The translations under genes and the position numbers were made by a program. Positions 54,276 through 63,919 of a stretch of DNA of 64,000 bases are shown here, in pieces. This stretch comes from an uncultured Fibrobacterota bacterium. Lineage in GTDB: Bacteria; Fibrobacterota; Chitinivibrionia; Chitinivibrionales; FEN-1185. The DNA lies in contig CAVSQB010000016.1 of NCBI GenBank assembly GCA_963729895.1, forward strand, positions 64,001 through 128,000. Direction: 5' to 3'. The notes below the pieces were generated by a model that saw only the letters and a list, made by a program, of their open reading frames with translations, had not been told where the DNA came from and ran no database searches. Each line of letters begins with the position of its first letter. The stretch's first letter is position 1.

Positions 54276-56299
54276 AGGAGAACCCGAAACTTGCCATGCC
54301 GACAGAACAATGCCGTATCGTCATCGAAGGAGTCACCCCGAGCGTCGACCACGGTCGATATGCCGCAAAAACGGTAGCCGGCGACGAGATTAAAATAGGC
54401 GCGGACATCTTTAAGGACGGGCACGAAAAGCTGCGCGCTGTCGTGTTGTTCCGATCAGTCAAGTTAACGCAGCCGGTTTCCAAAACCTGCTGCCGGGAAA
54501 TTCCCTCGCCGTCCGGCAGTGCCTGGCGCGAAGCTCCCCTTACGGAAGACGTCAACGACCGTTGGCTCGGCTCGATCACCTGCGACGCATGTGGCGATTG
54601 GGTCTTTACAATATGCGCCTGGACCGACGTGTTCGCCTCCTGGCGCGACGAACTGAGGAAAAAAGCCGAAGCCAATGCCGACGTCTCAAGCGAGCTCCTG
54701 GAAGGCGCGGCCATCATGGAACAAACGCTTCGGGGAATGCAGACATCCTCGGCGGATACGAGCGGGATCGCGGCATATGCGGAAAAAATCGGCGGGAATG
54801 GAGACCGCGCCGAAAGAATTGCCGCCGCGCTCGACGAACGCCTTGCCGTTCTCATGGCCCGTCATGATCCGCGAGCCGACGCCACCCTGTTCCCCCTTGA
54901 GTTACCGCTCTGGGCTGACCGGGCCGCGGCGAGGTTCGGTTCCTGGTACGAAATCTTCGTTCGCTCGCAGGGAACGGACCCGAAAGCCGTCACCACGTTC
55001 CGGGAAGCGGAAAAACGTCTTCCTTACATCGCTTCCCTTGGGTTTGACGTCCTTTACCTCACGCCGATCCATCCCATCGGGCTTGCTTTTCGAAGAGGAC
55101 CCAACAACACCGACATGGCAGGGCCGAACGATCCGGGCAGTTGCTGGGCCATCGGCGGCAGCGCAGGCGGCCACACCGCGATCCATCCGGAACTGGGAAC
55201 GCTTGCCGATTTCGACCATTACCTAATTGCCGCCAAACGTCTCGGAATCGAACTGGCGCTCGACTTCGCCGTTCAATGTTCGCCCGACCACCCATGGGTC
55301 AAACAACACCCGGACTGGTTCAAGCACCGGCCCGACGGAAGCATCAAATACGCAGAAAACCCGCCGAAGAAATACAAGGACATTTACCCGATAGATTTCG
55401 ACACCAAAGACCGCGACGGACTTTACAAAGAGCTGCTCAACGTCGCGCTGTTCTGGATTCAGCGCGGCGTAAAAATCCTTCGGGTTGACAATCCCCACAC
55501 AAAACCGTGCGGTTTCTGGGAATGGTTTATTTTCACCATCCACCGGGAACATCCGGATGTTTTGTTCCTCGCAGAGGCGTTCACGCGCCCCAAACGCATG
55601 GCCAGGCTCGCCAAAATCGGTTTTACACAGTCGTACACTTACTTCACATGGCGTAACTCGCGGGACGAGCTGGAATCGTATGCACGCGAGCTGTTCTGCA
55701 CCGACGTCCACCTTTATCTCAGACCGAACTTTTTTGCAAACACGCCTGACATCCTGCACACTTTTCTGCAGGACGGCGGCCGGCCCGCGTTCATTATCCG
55801 CCTTGTCCTCGCCGCAACCATGTCGCCGACCTACGGAATCTACAACGGCTTCGAGCTGTGCGAAAACCGTCCTCTCAAGGCCGGGTCAGAGGAATATCTT
55901 GATTCTGAAAAATACCAGCTCAAAGTCTGGGACTGGGACCGTCCGGGAAATATCAGGGACGCGGTCGCCCGCATCAACACGATAAGAAAAGAAAACCCTG
56001 CCCTGCAGTTTCCGGACAACCTCACGATACTGGAATCAACGTGCCCGCACATTGTCGCGTTCGCAAAAATTCACCCGGAAAAGAACAGCCGTATTCTTGT
56101 GATTGTCAACCTTGACCCGCACAACACCCACGAAGGAACCGTGGGTGTTCCAGAGTCACTTGCAGGCGGCGTCAACTATTCGGCCTACACCGTAAGGGAC
56201 CTGCTTAACGACGAGCAGTATTTGTGGCACGGGTACTGGAATTACGTGAGGCTCGACCCGCAGTCGAAACCGGCGCACATGTTGAGAATCGAAGGTTAA
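54272..56299 (+). CDS. glgE: alpha-1,4-glucan:maltose-1-phosphate maltosyltransferase
   Basis: QCSPDHPW, YAENPPKKY, RVDNPHTKP, FLAEAFT, SYTYFTWRN and NTPDIL. Confidence 0.93.
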   Translation: MKENPKLAMPTEQCRIVIEGVTPSVDHGRYAAKTVAGDEIKIGADIFKDGHEKLRAVVLFRSVKLTQPVSKTCCREIPSPSGSAWREAPLTEDVNDRWLGSITCDACGDWVFTICAWTDVFASWRDELRKKAEANADVSSELLEGAAIMEQTLRGMQTSSADTSGIAAYAEKIGGNGDRAERIAAALDERLAVLMARHDPRADATLFPLELPLWADRAAARFGSWYEIFVRSQGTDPKAVTTFREAEKRLPYIASLGFDVLYLTPIHPIGLAFRRGPNNTDMAGPNDPGSCWAIGGSAGGHTAIHPELGTLADFDHYLIAAKRLGIELALDFAVQCSPDHPWVKQHPDWFKHRPDGSIKYAENPPKKYKDIYPIDFDTKDRDGLYKELLNVALFWIQRGVKILRVDNPHTKPCGFWEWFIFTIHREHPDVLFLAEAFTRPKRMARLAKIGFTQSYTYFTWRNSRDELESYARELFCTDVHLYLRPNFFANTPDILHTFLQDGGRPAFIIRLVLAATMSPTYGIYNGFELCENRPLKAGSEEYLDSEKYQLKVWDWDRPGNIRDAVARINTIRKENPALQFPDNLTILESTCPHIVAFAKIHPEKNSRILVIVNLDPHNTHEGTVGVPESLAGGVNYSAYTVRDLLNDEQYLWHGYWNYVRLDPQSKPAHMLRIEG

Positions 56300-56343
56300 G
56301 AGAGTTGAAAGTTGACGGTTGATTGTTGCACCCACGCGCACCG

Positions 56344-57531
56344 CTATTTCTTCCCTCTCCTCAACCCCTTGAACACAGGATAGCTCACCGTCCAGCACGC
56401 ACCTGCCGCCGCAAGCGCCAGAATGATGCTGCCGAAAAACCATTCGATTCCCCAAGTAAAAAATCCACCCCAATTCAAGCGTGCAACCGATTCAGTCCAT
56501 GAAACGGGGACCACCAGCCTTCCGATCGCAATTGCAGCAGCATAAATAAACGGCAACATCGGCGCAGACGAAATGCTCACCCCGAGAAAAGCAAGCGGCC
56601 GGTTGATCCGCATGACAAAACTCAGAACCAACAAGGCGAGAACCTGAAAAAATGGAATGGGCAAGAGCCCTACAAACACCCCCAGCGTGAGCGAAAACGC
56701 CGCCCGTTCTGGTGTTGAATGCGCGTGCAACTCGTATTTGAAAAGCGCCACGATCTTCTGCCGCCATGTCGCGCAGGGCATGTCCACGATGAGGAACGGC
56801 AGGAACAGCTTTATCATCACGGCTTTGGAGTTTACCGCGAATATCCGCAGAAAATCGCGCACGGGCCGGAAGTGCGACACGACGCGACTTTTAGGCGCGT
56901 AGGAGAGGTGCACGTCAACTGAGGCAACGCGAAGGCCGTTCCACGCAGCTTTGACAAGCACCTCCTGCTCGAATTCGTAGCGGCTGCCCGCGCAGCCGAA
57001 GCCGGTCACGCTTGCCAACGGGTACGCGCGGAATCCGCATTGTGTATCGCGGATATCAATGCCTGTGATGAACTTGTACCAGAAGGACCCGAACTTCCGG
57101 CCCGCGGCCGACCGCGCAGGCTCGCCCGTTTCTTCTTTTCGAAGCACCCTGTTTCCGATCCACAGCGTGGCCGGTTCCAGCGCAATCTTTTCCAGAAACA
57201 CGGGAATGTCGCTCGGATAATGCTGGCCGTCCGCGTCAACGGTAATCGCGTGGGTAAACCCGAGAGCTGCGGCTTTTTTGAACGCGGCCCGCAAGGCGCA
57301 GCCCTTTCCCCGGTTGTTGTCAAAGTCAATTACGCGGATTGCCGTATTTTCCGATGCTATGGAATCGATCAGGCTCTTCGTGTTGTCCGTTGAGCCGTCG
57401 TTGACGACGATGATGTCCGGTACATGCCGGGCGGTTCCTGCTATCACGGATGAGACGGTGCTCGCATTATTGTACGCGGGGATAACGACAACGGTGCGAG
57501 GTGTGCCCTCGAATTGAAAGGATTCTGGCAT
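56344..57531 (-). CDS. GT2 glycosyltransferase fused to DUF2062
   Basis: IPAYN, NDGSTD, NRGKG, DADGQH, DTQCGFR and SHFRPVRDF; C-terminal TMs with GVFVGLLP. Confidence 0.88.
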   Translation of the reverse strand: MPESFQFEGTPRTVVVIPAYNNASTVSSVIAGTARHVPDIIVVNDGSTDNTKSLIDSIASENTAIRVIDFDNNRGKGCALRAAFKKAAALGFTHAITVDADGQHYPSDIPVFLEKIALEPATLWIGNRVLRKEETGEPARSAAGRKFGSFWYKFITGIDIRDTQCGFRAYPLASVTGFGCAGSRYEFEQEVLVKAAWNGLRVASVDVHLSYAPKSRVVSHFRPVRDFLRIFAVNSKAVMIKLFLPFLIVDMPCATWRQKIVALFKYELHAHSTPERAAFSLTLGVFVGLLPIPFFQVLALLVLSFVMRINRPLAFLGVSISSAPMLPFIYAAAIAIGRLVVPVSWTESVARLNWGGFFTWGIEWFFGSIILALAAAGACWTVSYPVFKGLRRGKK

Positions 57532-57629
57532 GAAGTGAAAATTCGAATGAGTGAATTTCGGTCAGATACGCTACCGAGCAAAGATCTTGAACGGTCTCAT
57601 CGCATGTGGACGGAATTGAGAAATCCTTG

Positions 57630-57848
57630 CTAAGCAGCGCGCGAAAGTGCGATTTCGATTTCCCTTGAAACTCTTATTTCCTTGAAGAAATCCCGGGGAT
57701 ACAGGTAGTCTTCTCCAGATTCGTCAACAATTCTTATCTGGTCGTGCTTTTCCGCTTCTGGGTCCAAAATGGTTTCATACAGTTTCCGCAGTTCAAGAGA
57801 AGAGGCATACCCTTCGTTTCTTACGCAAACAACAAAATGACGGGCCAT
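57630..57848 (-). CDS. small conserved-looking hypothetical protein (second gene of a two-gene module)
   Basis: 72 aa; LELRKLY...IRIVDESGEDYLYP; starts 3 nt after the upstream stop. Confidence 0.7.
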   Translation of the reverse strand: MARHFVVCVRNEGYASSLELRKLYETILDPEAEKHDQIRIVDESGEDYLYPRDFFKEIRVSREIEIALSRAA

Positions 57849-57851
57849 TTC

Positions 57852-58094
57852 TTATGTTCCTTGTTGAAGATAACGTTTGATCTTTATTTCATGTTTTCCA
57901 AGGCCATGACCTTCATACCAATGGATTTCCGCCCTGGCGACAAATCCGTCGCTCAATCGCACCGTGGCAATTCCCTTCGACTTTCGCCATCGTCATTTCC
58001 CATAAACTCTTTTCAAGCGCGCTATTTCGCGGATTGAGGCGCCCGCTGCGATAATTTCAACGTTCGTGATGCCTGAAATTATCTCAAAGTGCAA
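57852..58094 (-). pseudogene. small basic protein with in-frame TGA
   Basis: LHFEIISGITNVEIIAAGASIREIARLKRVYGK*RWRKSKGIATVRLSDGFVARAEIHWYEGHGLGKHEIKIKRYLQQGT*; TGA at 57993-57995. Confidence 0.65.
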
Positions 58095-58191
58095 CGGTAA
58101 ACCCCTTCCGTCAGAAATATAAGACCCGCCACCGCGATGAATGTCAACGCTATGATCGCCTGCGCGGTTCTGAAACAAGCTGAGAAACGTC

Positions 58192-59484
58192 CTATCTCGC
58201 CCGTTTCTTCCTCTTATCCACTACCCTCACCTTCTTCGCGCTTTCTCCCCGGTGATGCCTGATGGTCGCGACATTCGACACGAGCACAGGCAACTGCACC
58301 CGCGCCTGGGCGCGGAGCTGGCTCCCGATCTTTTCCAGGTTCGACGGCGCGGTCGCCACGTGGATCGTCACGTGGTCCGACAGCGACTCGTCGTCCTCGA
58401 TGATGATGATATAATCGTCTATGCCGTCAAGTGAATCGAGCACGTTGGTGATGGCAAGCGGGTACACCGTGGTGCCCTTCAGCTTGATCATGTGTCCTTT
58501 ACGGGCAAGAATTGGGCCCACGCGCAGCGAATTGCGGCCGCACGCGCACGAGCCGGGCAGCTTGAACGTGATGTCGCCGGTTCTGTAGCGCACCAGCGGC
58601 ACGCCTTCGACGCCGAGCGGGGTGGCAACGAGCTCGCCAACCTCGCCGTCCGGGACGTGGTTTCCGCTCTCGTCAACGATTTCGGTGTAGACGAGTTCGG
58701 GGTGGCCGTGGCCGCCGTACTGTGACGTGCACTCGCAGTACGCGCAGGAAAGCTCGGTTGACGCATAGGTGGAGTACACTTTTGCATTGTAGAGTTCCTC
58801 AAGGGCCTTGCCCACGGAGTTGAGTTCCATGTCCTGTCCGCGTATGCTCTCCCCGATGCAGAATATTTTCCTGATGGACGCGGCCTTCGGGTCGTACGAC
58901 TGCTTTGCAAGTTCCTTTGCAAGTTTCAGAAGAAACGACGGAACGCCCACAACCACGCTGGGCTTGAGCAATTCGATGTAATGCTTTTGCATGTCGTACG
59001 GCAGAACTCCGATGCGCGCGGTGTTTGCGCCGAGGAGCGACAGCCCGCGGTAGTAGGCCATGCCGGCGATAAAAAGCCTGTCGAGCGACACAAACACTTG
59101 GGCCCTGTCTTTGGGCGTCACGCCCGCGGCATGGAACGACAGCGCCTCGTTGAACGCGAGCCGTTCAACGTCGTTTGCGGTAAGGGAAAACACGAGCGGC
59201 TTTCCCGTGGAACCGCTGGTGATCACGGTCTCCGCGATCTGCTCGGGCACGACGCCGAGGAACATGTCGGTGTCCTCGACGAGCCGCGACTTGTCGGTGA
59301 AGGGAAGCTTGCGGATATCGTCGGGCGTCTTGATATCTTCTGGGAACACGTCGAACAGCTCGTTCTGGTAATGCGGCGACACTTCCTTGACGTGTCGCAC
59401 ATGATTGCGCACCCCGCGCACCGAGCGCGCTTCGATTTCGTCTGCCGACAGGAATTCCCACGAGAGTTCGGGTCTAAAAACCAA
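58192..59484 (-). CDS. phenylacetate-CoA ligase (PaaK)-like adenylate-forming enzyme
   Basis: LPFTDK, TSGSTGKP, YASTE, LVRYRTGD and KLKGT. Confidence 0.87.
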   Translation of the reverse strand: MVFRPELSWEFLSADEIEARSVRGVRNHVRHVKEVSPHYQNELFDVFPEDIKTPDDIRKLPFTDKSRLVEDTDMFLGVVPEQIAETVITSGSTGKPLVFSLTANDVERLAFNEALSFHAAGVTPKDRAQVFVSLDRLFIAGMAYYRGLSLLGANTARIGVLPYDMQKHYIELLKPSVVVGVPSFLLKLAKELAKQSYDPKAASIRKIFCIGESIRGQDMELNSVGKALEELYNAKVYSTYASTELSCAYCECTSQYGGHGHPELVYTEIVDESGNHVPDGEVGELVATPLGVEGVPLVRYRTGDITFKLPGSCACGRNSLRVGPILARKGHMIKLKGTTVYPLAITNVLDSLDGIDDYIIIIEDDESLSDHVTIHVATAPSNLEKIGSQLRAQARVQLPVLVSNVATIRHHRGESAKKVRVVDKRKKRAR

Positions 59485-61861
59485 TTATGATCCCTCCTGC
59501 TGGAAAAAACGACAACTGGTATACGGGCGCTGGCCGGCTCCGGCCGTCGGTGTACAGATAGGTCCAGATGTTCTTCCGGTCGTACACATTTTGTAAATCA
59601 AAATAGTAAATCATCTGCAGGAAACCAAAGCCAAACCGTCTTTCCCAGCGGATGTCGAGGGTGTGGTAGGCGCCGTAGACATCGGCATTGATCGGGGCGC
59701 GGTTGTCTATGTACCAGCGGTGATAGGTGGTTGAATCGTATGCCGGAGAAGTGTGGGGCCGCGGACCGAGGTACCGCCATTTTGCGGAAATCTCGTTGCG
59801 GTCTGCTACGGGCATGACAGGCGAAAGGATCTTAAACCATAGCTGGTCCCGCAAGGAAGCATACCATGCGTAGAAAAGGAGCTCTTTCTTCCAGCCGCAC
59901 GTGAGGGTGAACGAATTGGTGAAATCGAAATCCGCCCGGTACCATTGGCCCTCGTGGCCGGGCCGCGGGTCAAGGTCTTCGGATTTCGACAGCGAATAGG
60001 CAGCGCTCCACGATATCTCCTTTGCCAATTTCTTCTGGGCAAACAGCTCCAATCCGTAACTTCTGCCTTTTCCGATGGACAGCCGGTCGTTCGACGTGAC
60101 GAACGTATCGGCCGCCGAATTATGCGGCCGCAGGAGCGAGGAGTCCACGGGCATGTTGTCGTACCGCTTGTAATATCCTTCTGCAACGGCTTTGATTCCC
60201 GACGAACCAAACTGATATTCGAACCCGCCGATGCCCGTTATTGCGCGTTTCGGTTTGAGGCTCGCATTAAAGGAAGATGCGGCAAGATCCGCATAGTCCG
60301 GGTCCTGATATTGCACACCGAATGCTCCGGTCGCCTCGATCTCGGGCAGCAGCGACCACGCGGCGCTGAGCCGGGGCGAAACCGTGAGGCTTCTGTTGTA
60401 AGTGAACCCGTCGATCCGTATTCCCGGCACAATGCGCAGTCGCTCGAATGGCCTCACGATACCCGAGACAAAACCTCCGTACTTGTACGCAGTATGGCGG
60501 CCGTCCGCCGTTTCCTGCCAGGTGACGGCCGTGGGGATGCCTACGGTATCGGACGGGCCGGCATAGCGCTTGAGCGTATCGGGCTTGTTCCACATGTCGA
60601 TGCTGAAATCGGCCCGTTTGACAAATGCTCCAACCAGGATCCTGTTACTGTTGTCCAAATCCAGCGAGGCCTGGGCCTTGCATTCCTGTTCCTGTTCGAG
60701 AGACGTGTTTTTGAAAAATGTGTCTGCCCCGGTAAACTCGATCCGGTCGAAGGTGTTGCCCACGCCCGAAACGGTCACGCTCGTGGAAAACCGGTTTGTG
60801 AAGAACTGCTCCCAGGTTATTCCGCCCGCGTACACATATCCGCCCGACATAAGCGTGGAGCCTTGGGTGCCGAAGAGCACATCGGCGGAATCGATGGTTA
60901 TGCCGCTGTTGCCGTACAGAGCGTCGGCATAAATCCTGTGGTCTGCGGTGGTCTGCGCGACTCTCGTTTCCATGCCCCAGTATTCAGGAATTGCAGCAGC
61001 CTGGTTGTTGAACGAGGTGTGCGCGATAAAATCGAGATAGCTCCTGGTGGCCGAGAACATGAAGTTTGCCTGTTTGGAAAAGAGCGGGCCTTCCACATGC
61101 ACGCCCGCGCCCGCAACGCCGACGTCAACCCCGCCCAGCACCATGTCGCTGTTGCCGTCCCGAAGCTTCACGTCCAGCACGCTGGACGCTTTGTCGCCGT
61201 ATTGGGCGGGCGGCGCGCCCGCATTGAACGTGAGGCCCTTTACAAGCAAAGGATTCACAAGCGAGATTACCCCGCCGCCCGTGCCCTGTTCCGCGAAATG
61301 GTTGGGGTTCGGTACTTCTATGTTGTCAAGCAGAAACAGGTTCTCGCCCGGCACGCCGCCCCGCACGACGATCTCGTTGGTGTTGTCCCCGCCCGAGGTG
61401 ACGCTCGGCATCGTGGTAACCACCCGCTGGACATCGTCAAGCGCGCCCGGCGCCCTTAAAAGCTCGTCGGCGCTGATCACCTTGGTCGACGAGGTCATGT
61501 CGGGCGGCCGCCGAAACGACGTGCCTCGCACAACCATACGGTCGGCGTGCACACTTCTCGGCGGGAGCTCCGCGTCGCAGCGTTTTTCCGCCTCGCCCGA
61601 AACGTACACGTCGTTGACAGTCAGCGAGTCGTAGTCCGGGTGGGAAAAGGAGAGGTTGTAGCTTCCGGGCGCCACCGAATCGAACCGGTACCGGCCCGCG
61701 GTGTCCGATGCGACCGCGCGCGCCAGGCCCGCCGACCCAACCGCGACATTCGCGATCTTCCTGCCGGTCTGTGCATCCGTCACAACGCCGCGGATGGACC
61801 CTGCATGCGCGACAAACAAGACCGCAGCGAGGAGGAGAAAGAAGACCGGACGCCGGTTCAT
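59474..61861 (-). CDS. TonB-dependent receptor
   Basis: Signal peptide, carboxypeptidase-like N-domain, plug IVVRGG.PGEN...NPNHF and terminal GF. Confidence 0.88.
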   Translation of the reverse strand: MNRRPVFFLLLAAVLFVAHAGSIRGVVTDAQTGRKIANVAVGSAGLARAVASDTAGRYRFDSVAPGSYNLSFSHPDYDSLTVNDVYVSGEAEKRCDAELPPRSVHADRMVVRGTSFRRPPDMTSSTKVISADELLRAPGALDDVQRVVTTMPSVTSGGDNTNEIVVRGGVPGENLFLLDNIEVPNPNHFAEQGTGGGVISLVNPLLVKGLTFNAGAPPAQYGDKASSVLDVKLRDGNSDMVLGGVDVGVAGAGVHVEGPLFSKQANFMFSATRSYLDFIAHTSFNNQAAAIPEYWGMETRVAQTTADHRIYADALYGNSGITIDSADVLFGTQGSTLMSGGYVYAGGITWEQFFTNRFSTSVTVSGVGNTFDRIEFTGADTFFKNTSLEQEQECKAQASLDLDNSNRILVGAFVKRADFSIDMWNKPDTLKRYAGPSDTVGIPTAVTWQETADGRHTAYKYGGFVSGIVRPFERLRIVPGIRIDGFTYNRSLTVSPRLSAAWSLLPEIEATGAFGVQYQDPDYADLAASSFNASLKPKRAITGIGGFEYQFGSSGIKAVAEGYYKRYDNMPVDSSLLRPHNSAADTFVTSNDRLSIGKGRSYGLELFAQKKLAKEISWSAAYSLSKSEDLDPRPGHEGQWYRADFDFTNSFTLTCGWKKELLFYAWYASLRDQLWFKILSPVMPVADRNEISAKWRYLGPRPHTSPAYDSTTYHRWYIDNRAPINADVYGAYHTLDIRWERRFGFGFLQMIYYFDLQNVYDRKNIWTYLYTDGRSRPAPVYQLSFFPAGGIIIGF

Positions 61862-62577
61862 GAGGAGGGCGATGCGGTGAGGTGCGACATTCTGCCCGCG
61901 GGCCACCGCGGCATGTCGCGCATGCTCACGGTCTTGTCACGTGCGACAATCACGTGGTCGAGAAACTGGATCTCCAGCAGCCGGCAGATCTCCGCGATTC
62001 GCGCGGTGATGTTCCAGTCGGCCTCCGACGGACTGGCCCCGCCGCCCGGGTGATTGTGGGCGAGAATGAGCGCGGCCGCCTTGCAGCGCACCGCCTTTTC
62101 CACAATGGTCCTCGGATACACCGCGCACTGGTTTACCGTGCCTTCGCCCACGATGTCGGTGGCGATCACGTTGTTGCCGTTGTCAAGATAGAGCGCGGCC
62201 ACGTACTCATCGCCGCGCGCCCCGAAGTTGAACCTGAGATACTCCTCAACGTCCCTGCTGCGGGACACCTGCGGCCGGCTTTCGTACTTTTCCTGGAGGC
62301 AGTAGGCGATCACGTCGCGCATAAAAGAGAGCAACGTCGCTGCGCGCGTGCCGATGCCCTTGACCTCGGCAAGGTCCGATGTGTCTGCGTGAAACAGGCC
62401 GCTGAGGGTCTTGTACTTCCTTAGAAGCTCCTTTGCAACGGGTTTGGTATCCCGCCGCGGAATGACAAAGGTGAGGATGAGTTCGATGATCTCGTAGTCG
62501 GCAAGGGAAGAAATACCGGAGTGCCCGTACCGCGCAAGAAGGCGGGCGCGGTGTCCCTCGTGTCCCGCACCGGTCAT
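61858..62577 (-). CDS. radC: RadC/JAB-domain protein
   Basis: GHRARL, YEIIELIL, VKGIG, GTVN...VYPR, HNHP...PSEAD and DHVIV. Confidence 0.9.
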   Translation of the reverse strand: MTGAGHEGHRARLLARYGHSGISSLADYEIIELILTFVIPRRDTKPVAKELLRKYKTLSGLFHADTSDLAEVKGIGTRAATLLSFMRDVIAYCLQEKYESRPQVSRSRDVEEYLRFNFGARGDEYVAALYLDNGNNVIATDIVGEGTVNQCAVYPRTIVEKAVRCKAAALILAHNHPGGGASPSEADWNITARIAEICRLLEIQFLDHVIVARDKTVSMRDMPRWPAGRMSHLTASPSS

Positions 62578-62593
62578 GGCAGCGGGCCCCGCG

Positions 62594-63919
62594 CTACCAC
62601 TCGAGGGTAAGCGCCGCAATGGTCACCCCTGCGCCAACGGAACAGAGAACGAGCCGGTCGCCGGGACGGAGGTCTTTTTGCATGTCGAGCAATGCGAGCG
62701 GGATGCTTGCACTCGACGTGTTGCCCAGGCGGTCTATATTTATGTAGAACCGTTCGAACGGCACGCCGCATTTCTGGGCCGCGGCCTTGAGGATTCTTGC
62801 ATTGGCCTGGTGCGGCACTACCCAACCTACTTCCTGCGGGCTCCATCCGCTCTTTGCAATAACGTCCTGAATAATAGTGGCGAATCCGCCGGTTGCAAAG
62901 CGGAACAAGGCGTGGCCGTCAAGCCTGATCCACGGGTTGAGATTTTCAAGACCGAGGGGAATCTTGAACCCCGGTACCGAGCGCTTGGCAAGCGGCAGGC
63001 CCTTGGAATCGGCCTTGAGGATTGCCTGCTTCATGGCGTGGCCGGGCCTCTTTCCCGACACCACGGCGGCGCCTGCGCCGTCGCCGAAGAGAAAGTAGGT
63101 GCCCATATCTGTTTTATCAAGGAGCTGCGATTGCATCTCCACGCCCGTCACCAGGATATCGTCGGCAACACCCGACAGGATGAGTCCCTTTGCCACGGTG
63201 AGCGCGTAGAGCCAACCCGAGCAGGCGGCCTTCAGGTCGAACGAGGGGATCCCTCGCACGCCGAGCATGTCCTGCAGAATGCAGGCGGTGGAAGGCATGG
63301 AAAAGTCCGGCGTCTCGGTGGAGACGATGATGCCGCCGATGTCTCTTGTTTCGAGCCCGGAGCGGCGGATCGCCTCAATTGACGCATGATAGGCCATGTC
63401 CGACGGCTTTTCCCCATCCTTGGCCCAGCGGCGCTCGCGGATTCCCGTCACGCCGAAGATGTACTCTTCGGTGACTGCCGGGAACTCGCGCAGCAGTTCC
63501 TTGTTGGTCACCACCCGGTCGGGCAGGTAGCCGCCGATGCCGAGCAGGTGCACCCCGTGTCCGTTGCCTGCGGCCGTAACCGGGGAAACGCCGGGACGCG
63601 CCGCTGCTGCGGGGGGTTCCGCCTTTGCCGCCTGCGCAGCAGGAATGGCGTTCTTCATCGACACGTCGCTCGTCTCGATTTCCATCACCGGTTCTTCAAA
63701 CGACACCGTGTCGCCCTCAACGGACAGGAGTTTTACCACGGTCCCGTTGCACGGCGCCTCGAAATCGAACGCGGCCTTGGCGCTTTCTATTTCGCCAAGA
63801 ATTTGCCCTTTTGTGAAGGCTTCTCCTGCGGAAACATTCCATTTTGTGATGGTCGCCTCGGTTTCCGCCGCCGCCTGCGACGGGAGGTACAGCGGAATCC
63901 TGAAAATGTCGTTGCTCAC
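62594..63919 (-). CDS. fabH: lipoyl-domain / 3-oxoacyl-ACP synthase III fusion
   Basis: N-terminal EIESAKAAFDFEAPCNG lipoyl domain, Ala/Pro linker, then TGIRERR, AACSG, LFGDGAGA, HQAN and GNTSSAS. Confidence 0.9.
   Translation of the reverse strand: MSNDIFRIPLYLPSQAAAETEATITKWNVSAGEAFTKGQILGEIESAKAAFDFEAPCNGTVVKLLSVEGDTVSFEEPVMEIETSDVSMKNAIPAAQAAKAEPPAAAARPGVSPVTAAGNGHGVHLLGIGGYLPDRVVTNKELLREFPAVTEEYIFGVTGIRERRWAKDGEKPSDMAYHASIEAIRRSGLETRDIGGIIVSTETPDFSMPSTACILQDMLGVRGIPSFDLKAACSGWLYALTVAKGLILSGVADDILVTGVEMQSQLLDKTDMGTYFLFGDGAGAAVVSGKRPGHAMKQAILKADSKGLPLAKRSVPGFKIPLGLENLNPWIRLDGHALFRFATGGFATIIQDVIAKSGWSPQEVGWVVPHQANARILKAAAQKCGVPFERFYINIDRLGNTSSASIPLALLDMQKDLRPGDRLVLCSVGAGVTIAALTLEW

Noticed and set aside
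57993..57995. TGA recoding (Gly, Trp or Sec)
   Set aside because: TGA is the evident stop of many genes here (recB, recD, kinase, NtrC); a point mutation or sequencing error is simpler.
52770..61459. Long alternative ORFs such as 52770..53780(-) and 59945..61459(+)
   Set aside because: Antisense shadows of well-supported genes in GC-rich DNA.
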